This document shows positions 54,358 to 64,000 of a DNA stretch of 64,000 bases, one piece after another. Location: the NCBI GenBank assembly GCA_028534125.1, contig CM052816.1, forward strand, positions 67,148,001 through 67,212,000, read 5' to 3'. Position numbers and translations under genes: made by a program. The notes under the pieces are model-generated. The model searched no databases. It saw nothing but the letters and a program-made list of their open reading frames with translations, and was not told the DNA's origin. Numbering within the stretch: position 1 is the first letter of the stretch; every line of letters begins with the position of its first letter. The stretch comes from Lama glama. Its lineage: Eukaryota.

Positions 54358-54735
54358 ACGATATTGAGCATTTCTTCATGTGCCTATTGATCATTTGTAT
54401 GTCTTCCTTTGAGAATTGCTTGTTTAGGTTTTCTGCCTATTTTTGGATTGGGTTGTTTGTTTTTTTCTTTTTTTAACATTTTTTATTGGTTTATAATCAT
54501 TTTACAATGTTGTGTCAAATTCCAGTGTTCAGCACAATTTTTCAGTCATTCATGGACATATACACACTCATTGTCACATTTTTTTCTCTGAGAGTTATCA
54601 TAACATTTTGTGTATATTTCCCTGTGCTATACAGTGTAATCTTGTTTATCTGTTCTACAGTTTCTTTCTTATTAAGTCATATGAGCTGTTTACATATTCT
54701 GGAAATCAAGCCTTTGTCAGTTTCATTTGCAAAAT
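54358..54735 (-). mobile_element. Antisense L1 ORF2 fragment interrupted by a young L1 3' end (about 54470-54659)
   Basis: ttgagcatttcttcatgtgcctatt...gggttgtttg resumes as cttattaagtcatatgagctgtttacatattctgg; near-TSD gtttttttctt / gtttctttctt. Confidence 0.85.
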
Positions 54736-56574
54736 GACTCCTCCAGCAACCACCCCATGGTGCAAGCCCTAGGGAATGGCAGGGATTCTAAAATTGTGAC
54801 TAAAGGTAGAAGAGGCAATATTTTGGCAAATGTGATTATGGGTCCAGATTTATCTTAACTTGGGGGGGGGAGCAATACAGCATTTTTTGCACTTAATTCA
54901 TGTTTTTCACCCAAATACATGTAGAAAAGAAATTTCTAAATTCTGCTTGTGTCCTATACACACATACATCATTTTTTAAATGTGTTTCTTTATTGGGAAA
55001 AAATTTCAAAACAGAGAGCTCTTGTGTAAAATATGCAATACAAATTACAATTTGTATTTACATGAGAAGAAAAAGATAAAGAAAGATAGATACTTCATTC
55101 GGAAAAGAATCTGCCTATGAAATCAAGTTTACAGGAGGAACTTGAAAAAAAATAGCTCAACCTTCACAGTTTATTAAATTCTGTTTTTTTAAAAATCAGC
55201 ACATCAGGAACTTCAAACAACCTTTTCCCCACGTGGCAAAGAGACTATCTGATTGACTCATTCTGTTCTTTCTCCTTAGTTTTTAAATTTCATAAACCTT
55301 TTTGCCAAATATTTATAAGCCTTTGAAGTCTTTTCCAGTGATTTATCTTTATCTTTCACGGATGATGTCTTCACTCTACTTTCATATTTTTAAAAGAAGC
55401 CACCACTCCAAGGTGCTGTCTGCTGCACCAGCCCAGCCACCAGTCTTGTGTACAGTACTTCTCGGAGAGGGTGCATCTCTTGAAGCTGTCTCTCACTGTG
55501 TCTTTAAAGCTTCTTCCCTGACCACCCTGTCTCAGCAAAGCGAGAACCATGTCTGGCCACATGGATTTACTGAGTAACAGCTCACTGCATACCTCACCTC
55601 CTCTCTTTTCCGTGTGTCTCCTGATCAAACACATGACACTGAAATCCAGGGGACCACTAGTGAGGCCCTCAATGCCATGATCCAAATATCGGTAAGAGTG
55701 TAAGCTGAAAGTTCTCAGGCATTTTAATCCCGCATGATTCCTAACTCTAACAAATCCCCACACACACACTTCCTGCCTCAACTGGAGAGATGGTCATGTC
55801 CCATTCATTTATCCATTCTAACTAGGCAGTTTCTAACTCTGAAGGCTATAAATATTGCTTTTCAAAAACCATTAACATTTATATGACATCTATTGTTATA
55901 CCAGATGCTGTTCAAAGCACTTTACAAATACTCACTCCTTTAATCCTAACGATCCATGTTTCCATCTCACAGGAAAAGAGGCACCTTGCCCAAGCTCATT
56001 CACTTGTTTCTACCTCGGATAGTCTATTTCCTGCATCCATCTCTCAGTCACTACATCCCACAACTTCCTCATGAGGCACAGAATGGATGATTGCAAGAAA
56101 GGATGGATGAAAAACAAATGCTGGTGCAGAACGAACTGAGGCAGATGTACCATCCAGATAAGGAGAGAAAAGAGTGATCTCAATAGATTGATAAGGTAGC
56201 AGTGCAGACCCTCTGCTCACCAATCAAATGTGACCTGGGAATTTCAGGCTTCCCTAGTTCAACACTCCCCCTTCCCGCTCCACCCCCAGCACACCAAAAA
56301 TAACCAATTTGGAAATATCTCATCAGCCATTCTCCTTACAGTTTACAACAAGGGAGGGATTATTTATAACATTTTCTGCCTTCTAATTGTCAAGATGCAG
56401 AGATTATATGGGCCCATAAAGAGAGGCAATGCTGTCATGATTTATAAGTAATTGTTTTTTAAGCTGCAACACACAGATACGCCCCGTGAGCCTGCAAAAA
56501 AGAAAAAAATGCAAAACAAAGAAAAAACTCAGTAGTTTTATATCTCATCTATGACACTAGTGTTTAGGTAGGGG

Positions 56575-56633
56575 GTTTGGTGGTTTGGGTTTTGTTTTGT
56601 TTATGGGTTTTGTTTTGTTTTGTTTTGTTTTTT
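56575..56633. repeat. (GTTTT)n simple repeat
   Basis: gttttgttttgttttg... Confidence 0.9.
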
Positions 56634-57892
56634 GCTTCATTTGGTATTAACCATGCGGCTGTGCATTGAAAATTAGTTTGATCCACATGCATCTGTAGAT
56701 CTTTTGTGTGGCAGTATTACACACATCACACTGTTTTCCTTGATTCTGATTTATTTTATGATCACTTAGAGACAGTGTTAATATTATCATAGAGGAATTT
56801 ATGTTATGATATTGGTCTTTCTCTGTCCTGAAAGGGACTAATTGTTCCCCATTCTGTGCTGCTGCAGCTCCCTCCTTCACTGAGTTATTACTGACCTGCA
56901 TTTCACTATCTGGGTGGGCTTCTGGTAATAATTAAACTGCCATCGCCACTAAATCTCAGGGACAGCAAACAGTAAGGACAGCAGAAGCAGGGCTTGTAGC
57001 AACATTTCCCCAACATAAAGACGACAGCTTGAAGGGCACTTGTGTGCTCTCTCTGTTATTTGGGCCATAAAACTATAAACATCTGAGATAAAGTATCCTT
57101 TTAAAACTCTGAACAATTTATTGGACTTGCTTCCAGTAGGGTTCTATTGTTCTTCAACACTTCATTTCTACAATTAGGCAGAGACTTTGGAAACACATTA
57201 AAGACTCCTTCAGACAACACTGTAATCCAAATCCCAATAAGGATCAGATTTTGAATACTTAGCTCTGAACCACAGCATTCATTAAAAAAAAAAAGAAAGG
57301 AAAGAGAAAGAAAAAGAGGGAAGGAAGGAGGGAGAAAGAAAGAACATTATAGAGGTAGCATGGATCACAGGCAAAAAAAGAGAAAAAAGACCTAGAATCC
57401 AGAGAAAAAAGTCCTAGAATCCAGAAATGAATATTAATTCTCTTCAAGTGCTTCACTGGGATCCAAAAAAATGTGAAAACAACCATTGGCACTCATCTCC
57501 TATATCCAAAACTCAGATGAGATGTATCAGTTACAACTCGGGCTGCATTTAAAAAAAAAAAAAGTTGGTAATAACAGTAGTGTAAACACCCAATAGGAGC
57601 CTGAGGCAGGGCTGATCCGGTGAAGCCAGAGTTAGAGGCCTGGGCTTCCACTCTGCGGCCCTTCGCTCATGGTTTAAGATAGTTCCTTAAGCTCCAGACA
57701 CAGTGTCTGCATTCCAAATAGCAAGGTAAAGGAAGGAATAAAAAAGGAACTTGCTCCTTCCCTTAAAGAACACTTTGGAAGTCATAGCACACTTCCATAT
57801 CACATTTCATTGTCCAAACTCAGTCACATGGTCACACCTTAGTTACAAGGCAGCAAGAGAAGGCACACTTTTACCAAGTAGCAAAGTGCTAG

Positions 57893-58284
57893 TGTGAAAA
57901 ACAAGACAACAGGCCCTAAATGGAGTTGCTTATTCTGAACCCTACATCACCAAACACAGACTTGACTTAATTACAGTTTCTACTTTCCCAGAAATGGAAT
58001 CTTAAACCAGGTAATCAGGAATCACCAGATCAGCACCAGCTAGGTACTATGCTTGATAGATCCTTGTCACCCTCTAACGGGAAATCATTTTGCAATAACC
58101 AATCCATTTTTTGCCTAGTACAACTTCCTTGTTCCCGCTCCCTTCTGCCTATAAAAGTCTTTCATTTTGTCCAGCCCCTGGGAGCTCCTTTCTATTTGCT
58201 AGTTTGGATGCTGCCCAATTCAAACCAATTTTTGCTCAAATAAACTCTTAAAAGGTTTAACATGCCTCAAAGTATCTTTTAACA
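57893..58284 (+). mobile_element. ERV1-class solo LTR (392 bp) inserted in an old MLT1 remnant
   Basis: TG...CA termini (tgtgaaaaac...cttttaaca), TATA-like ctataaaag near 58149, AATAAA near 58239, 4-bp near-TSD ctag/ccag. Confidence 0.75.
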
Positions 58285-58789
58285 CCAGCTTAGCAGAAAG
58301 CAGGAAACGAATTTGGGGAAACAATCCCTGCCCCAGAGAAATGTAGGCTTCCCTTCTGGGATATTAAAATGTATCAATGAAATACTAATGTTATTTCTCC
58401 AAACATGGCATTGAGACAACATTGCATAGTGGTAAACTGTTTTCTCTCTTCAACCCAGCCCTCCCTGACCTGTACCACTCTGTTGATACTGCCCACCAGA
58501 ACCATCCCCAAATCTGACAAAGTCCTTCAGGTTTTCAGTTGAGGTATCTACATTGTCTGCATTGTTTAGAGTTGTGGAATTAGAAGATGCTTTCTGGGAA
58601 AAGCCTACCAAAACATCAAAATGTAATGGTAACTACTAGCAATAAATTGTGCTACACACTAACAAGAGACAGAATTCATCTCTGAAACTGCTGGAGTGAT
58701 GATCAGGGAGGGAAGAGAGCTGCTGTGATGCTAGCAAGAGTGAGGCATGAAGACAAAAAGCTGAAGCTTATCAGTCACGTGATACATAT

Positions 58790-58945
58790 CAGACCTGCCA
58801 GTACTATGCCAACCTGTGCAGACACAGTCTCATTTAACTGTCACCAGAACCCTAGGACATGGGTAACTTAAAAAAAGAAAACTACTTTATAAATAAAGAA
58901 ATTGAGGTTCAGGATGGTTTAGAGACTTGTTTGAGGTCACACATA
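58790..58945 (-). mobile_element. MIR SINE
   Basis: aagaaattgaggttcaggatggtttagagacttgtttgaggtcacac. Confidence 0.55.
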
Positions 58946-59049
58946 CAGTAAACAGCAGAAATAAAGGAAAAGAGACTTTAAAAGGATCATGAAAATTACT
59001 GGCCAGTAAAACATCCCAGAAGAGAGAGCTCTTGCATGAAGACAAGCCC

Positions 59050-59310
59050 CTCTGTCAGGAGCAAGGACCCTTGCTGGGAGGAAGCAACCAGCCTGGGGTG
59101 GCCTAGCTGAAGGGGAGCCGGAAATCATACCTTGAACTCCCTCTCAGCTCCTCTGCAGATCTCCTTCCAATGCCCCTGTTGGCTGAATCCAAGCAAAAGT
59201 CCAATGTCAATGGGGTTCTTGAAGCAGTCCACCCAGGTCAGCCTCCCAGAGTAGAAAGCAGGGTTGAAAGAGGAGAACTGAATCCGAAGCAGCAAACAAG
59301 ATCCCAACAC
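59050..59310 (-). mobile_element. LTR33-like ERVL LTR remnant
   Basis: atctccttccaatgcccctgttggctgaatccaagc...gcagtccacccaggtcagcctcccagagtagaaagcaggg. Confidence 0.55.
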
Positions 59311-61284
59311 AGAAGACAGGTCGTCACTGTCCTCTCCTCAATGCATTCAAGGGCAGCAACACACAAGCGATTGATATAACATTGTCCATCCTACCTAAAA
59401 ATTTCCCTTCCCATTCCCCCACCCGCATCTACAAGAGGTAGTCAGGATGCAGGATGAGATTAACTGCCCTCTTAAGGCCATCAGGTTAAGAAGTTAGAAC
59501 TTCGGCCAACTATATTTAAAGGCTTACAAAACCTGATCTGAACAATATAAGAGAGAGGCAGCTGACTATCCTATTTTTAAATTATGTTGGGGGTTGGGGG
59601 AGAACAGTGCAGAAATTACAGAACTCTTGCATATAATTTCTTCCATGGTTTGAAGACCCTCACAATTAAGAACTGTCTTCTTTCATATGAATCATCTATT
59701 CACCAAAGCATCTTCTACTTAGACGTCTTGATTTTCTTAAGGAAAAGAGAAGGGCAAGGCAGCCACATTCTTCAAGTGGCTGTTTCCTGACTCACAGACA
59801 TGTCTCTACCAAGCTTTTCCACCTTAGGTGAGCAGATCTCTTTTCCATCCTCTGTAAGTGAACTCTTTTCCCTTCTTCTCCTCTTTTGCACACAATTCTT
59901 GTCTTTATTTTGCCCTCCTGAAATGCCTGCTTTTCTAGTGTTTTCTAGCTCAACACTTACTTCCCACCTACTCACTTCTTCAAGAAAGCCTATTTAACTC
60001 ACCCCCAAAGGAGTTTTGGCTTACTTTAAGTTTCCATAGCAACTACACTTATCAGCAAAACACAGTGGATCCTCAGCAACTATTAGTACATTAGTACTGC
60101 TTGAATTTTCCTTGGGCTGAGATTTGGGATACCGAGATCATTTTTTTTCATAGGGAGGTACTCTTTCATTGTATGACCTTATGACTGTTTTTAATCAATC
60201 CCTTGCTGGTAGACACTTAAGATTCATTCCTTGATTGTTTCACTGTTATCAACAGCATACTGAGCAGAGTTATAAATATATCTCTGTGCCCCTCTGAGAG
60301 TATTCTGTAGGACAGATGCCAGAGTAGATATGATTGGTCAAAGGGTTTACTTATTATTTTAATAGATATTATCAAATTTCTTTTCTAACAGTGGTAGCCA
60401 TTTGCACTCTACCTAGTGGATGAGAGTCCTCATCTCTCTCCCCCATCTGCCTTGCAACCATGGATATTTGTAATCATGAAAACGTTTTCCCAATCTGATA
60501 GGCAAAAACGGTGTCTGACTATATTAATGTGGATTTCTACGATTACCAGTAGGATTGAACATTTTCTTATTTGTGTGTTTCTTCTCCAACTTGCCACTAT
60601 TAGCCATTTCCTATTTTTTTTAATTAAAATGCCTTTTCCTCATTGACTTATATTTTCTATGTAATACTGACTAAACCTTCATTTCTGTCATATATTACAA
60701 ATATTTTCTCCTAGTCTCATGCTTGCCATTCATTAATTGGTTTCTTTATGGACATAAAGTTGGAAGTTTTACATGGTAAAATATCTGAACCTCATATCTC
60801 CTCATAATCATAAAAAACATGAGAAAGTATAAAAGTATAAAACTTTTCCCTCTTTTCTTTTCCTTCTTCTTTTTCTCTTCCCCCTCTCCCTTTCCCCCTG
60901 CCCCTTTCCTCCTTCTCTCTGCCCCCCCACCCCCGACACCTCCCTCTCCCTCCCCCTCGTCACTTCTCTTTGTCCACATGGCTCCACAGTTTTTCATCCA
61001 TTGTGTTCAGCATTTGATGTATCTTTTCAATCTGGAAACACTCCTTCAGCTTTGGAAGTGCTGAATTATTTTTTAAATGTCCTCCCCTCTATTTTTTCCA
61101 TTCTCACTTTCTGAAACATCTGGAACTCTTTAATTTGTCCCTTAAATTTTCTTTTCTCTCTAATCTGTCTTTTGGTCTTTTTGCTATATAGCTTCTAGGA
61201 GGTTTCCTCAATTTTATCTTCCAAATCTTCTACTGAGTTTTAAATCTGTTTTCATGTTTTTAATTTCCAAACAATCTGATTTTT

Positions 61285-62075
61285 TTAACATTTTTTATTG
61301 ATTTATAATCATTTTACAATGTTGTGTCAAATTCCAGTGTTCAGCACAATTTTTCAGTCATTCATGGACATATACACACTCATTGTCACATTTTTTCTCT
61401 GTGATTTATCATAACATTTTGTGTATATTTCCCTGTGCTATACAGTGTAATCTTGTTTATCTATTCTACAATTTTGANNNNNNNNNNNNNNNNNNNNNNN
61501 NNNNNNNNNNNNNNNNNNNNNNNNNNNNNNNNNNNNNNNNNNNNNNNNNNNNNNNNNNNNNNNNNNNNNNNNNNNNNNNNNNNNNNNNNNNNNNNNNNNN
61601 NNNNNNNNNNNNNNNNNNNNNNNNNNNNNNNNNNNNNNNNNNNNNNNNNNNNNNNNNNNNNNNNNNNNNNNNNNNNNNNNNNNNNNNNNNNNNNNNNNNN
61701 NNNNNNNNNNNNNNNNNNNNNNNNNNNNNNNNNNNNNNNNNNNNNNNNNNNNNNNNNNNNNNNNNNNNNNNNNNNNNNNNNNNNNNNNNNNNNNNNNNNN
61801 NNNNNNNNNNNNNNNNNNNNNNNNNNNNNNNNNNNNNNNNNNNNNNNNNNNNNNNNNNNNNNNNNNNNNNNNNNNNNNNNNNNNNNNNNNNNNNNNNNNN
61901 NNNNNNNNNNNNNNNNNNNNNNNNNNNNNNNNNNNNNNNNNNNNNNNNNNNNNNNNNNNNNNNNNNNNNNNNNNNNNTATAGTATTGTCTGAAGTCTGGG
62001 AGAGTTATTCCTCCAGCCTCTTTCTTTCTCTTCAGTAATGCTTTGGCAATTCTAGGTCTTTGATGGTTCCATATA
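61285..62075 (-). mobile_element. Young 5'-truncated LINE-1 with perfect 17-bp TSD, spanning the assembly gap
   Basis: TSD caaacaatctgattttt at 61268-61284 and 62076-62092; 61978-62075 encodes uninterrupted ORF2 peptide [32 protein letters not shown]; 61285-61477 is L1 3' UTR. Confidence 0.93.
61478..61977. other. Assembly gap (500 N)
   Basis: Run of N. Confidence 0.99.
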
Positions 62076-64000
62076 CAAACAATCTGATTTTTGTCCTTAA
62101 ATGTTTCATTTTTATAGCTTCCTGCTTTTTATATCATAAGTGGAATACCTTATTTCTCCAAAGATATTAATGAGAGCAAGTTTGTTCTTTTGTTTAAGTA
62201 TTTGTCTTCCTGCATTGTCTGTTTTCCCAAGTTGCTTTTCTTCTTTTTGTCTCCTGGTCTCTGGCTTTTGTGTCAGAGGTTTTCTTTAAATGTCAAGTGA
62301 CTCTTGCCATCCACTCACATTTAAGAGTGAGGCACTACAAAGCTGGGGATATGCTCTGCGCACGGGGCTTTACTGTGAGGGAGGTCTGCCTGTGCCACCA
62401 TGGTGAGAAAGCCCCAACGTCAGTCTTCTTCAGGTCATTTCTTGGACTGGTCATGTGCCACACCAGAAGGGCATAATTCTTGGCAAACAATTATGGGGGA
62501 AGAAGTTTGGTGGTCTTAACAAGTCAGAAAGTAAGCTTTCACTTAACACCTCATTTTCAACATGCACCCCACCCTCACCTGTACCTAGCATCTCCCAGTC
62601 CAGATGCTCTGTTTACACACTTCAGACAGTAACCATTCAGCCACTGCCAGGAGGGATGGAGGCAGAGCTGCAGCTGTATGGACTGGGTTAGGATCTGGGA
62701 ACCTGTCACTGACAAACAAGGTTTCAGCCCCCTATCCAGGACCAAGCCCTGCATTTGTAGCTCACTTCCAGGGGCACCTTCACAGCCCGTTCCTGAGACC
62801 AGGGACCACGGTGTATATCAGGTTTCTTCTTCCCTTTTCCACTGCCAGTTTAAAATTCAGCCCTTACTCTCTCTCGCTGGATCGGCAATCCCTCATCCTT
62901 CTGCTTTCCAGCTCCCAAAACTTTGTTGCTGTTGTCTCCTCTCCAGGTCTATTTTTCCTTGTGGGGCTAGAGCTTTAGAAAATATTTTTCCTGTAATTAT
63001 AATGGGTTTTTGAGAGGGAATGGAGGCTAACAAATATGATTCACCAACTTTAACTAGAAACTTCTTAGTATTAAATTTTAACATACATATTTAAACACAT
63101 TTCCCTATCAGTCTCCAGTGTTCATGAGTACCTATATCCCCTCCTCACACACGCCCACGTACATGTATGAAGACAAGAGAAAAGACAAGAATGTTAGCAC
63201 AGTTTCACATTTCTTCTGCACTATGCTTTGTCTCCTAAGTTAAAATCATCATAATCAAACTCTAGATTTATTATGATACATTATTTTTCTTAACTAGCAG
63301 TATTAATGGTCCTTTTACTATTATTGCTTCTTCCATTCACTGAATAAGTATCTGAGCATTTTCTATATTTCCAGAATTGTTTTAGGACCCCATATTCTTC
63401 CCTCACATAGCTTACATAAATAGTGGGAGAAATGGGCAATAAACAAATAAGCATGTAACTAAACATCAACATTTTAGATAGTTGCTCTATAAAATAAAGC
63501 AAAGTGAGGAAATAGGAAAAAAGAAAGGTTATATTTTGGACTAGGTGCCAGGGGAGGTCTTTCTAGAGAAGGTACATCTGTTCAGAAATGTACATCATGT
63601 AACAAAGCAAGCTGTGCCAGCTAATGTTGACTAGAGGTAATCAGCACCTAATTCCACTCCCTTCCAGGCTGTCTGCTATATTATAGAGGCTGGAGATCTA
63701 CATTTCTCAGACTTCCTTGCGTGGGTTCTAGATACAGTTACATTTAGCCAATATGATGACTGGTGTGAGAGTCAGAATGTGCAAGGGAGGAGGCAGGCTC
63801 ATGCTGCCAGGACCCACTGGTCTTACCATGTACCCCATCACCCAGAAGCAGCTGCCACTGCTGAATGATGGACAAGCCTATTGAAAATTCAATTACAATG
63901 CCATTTGGAAACAGCATTTTGCAAGGCTCAGGTGCTGTCCCACAAGTTGAAGTCTATGATCCTAGAGAATGTGCAATAAATGATGTTGTTTCTACTACAG

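Larger units (their letters stand above)
60150..63060 (-). mobile_element. Ancient antisense L1 (L1ME/L1M-type) fragments hosting a young L1
   Basis: caatctgataggcaaaaacggtgtc...ggattgaacattttctt, ttcctcaattttatcttccaaatcttctactgag and similar old-L1 motifs; includes a C-rich tract at 60845-60970. Confidence 0.55.

Noticed and set aside
61383..61992. 199-aa and 185-aa ORFs
   Set aside because: Artefacts of reading through the N gap.
1..64000. The many 60-150 aa ORFs in the six-frame track as genes
   Set aside because: Eukaryotic DNA; many start at TTG/GTG, overlap repeats or low-complexity tracts, and show no recognisable domains. Only the L1 ORF2 fragments have homology.
1..64000. CRISPR array, tRNA/rRNA genes, CpG island, NUMT or intact provirus
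   Set aside because: No regularly spaced repeats, cloverleaf or rRNA motifs, CpG-dense segment, mitochondrial-like sequence or gag/pol/env was recognised by eye.

Overview
Mammalian non-coding genomic DNA: AT-rich, CpG-poor and dense in interspersed repeats. These are LINE-1 of several ages, L2, MIR, MaLR/ERVL/ERV1 LTRs and hAT MITEs, plus a 500-N assembly gap. I see no Alu, B1/B2, Bov-A/BovB, PRE1 or CanSINE, and the young L1 3' ends resemble camelid (alpaca/camel) L1s as I recall them, so a camelid is likely (inference). No host protein-coding gene is recognisable. The only convincing protein homology is decayed L1 ORF2 (about 47950-51250 and shorter pieces). A few splice-site-bounded candidate exons on the minus strand (1470-1515, 4336-4413, 22645-22771) suggest the window may be intronic/5'-UTR sequence of a large minus-strand gene or lncRNA, but this is unproven. 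I found no evidence of a novel biological system. The most interesting observations are retrotransposon architecture: nested insertions, an internally deleted L1, an ultra-short L1, and young L1 copies with clean TSDs. Repeat family names come from recalled consensus motifs, and boundaries are approximate unless a TSD or TIR is quoted.
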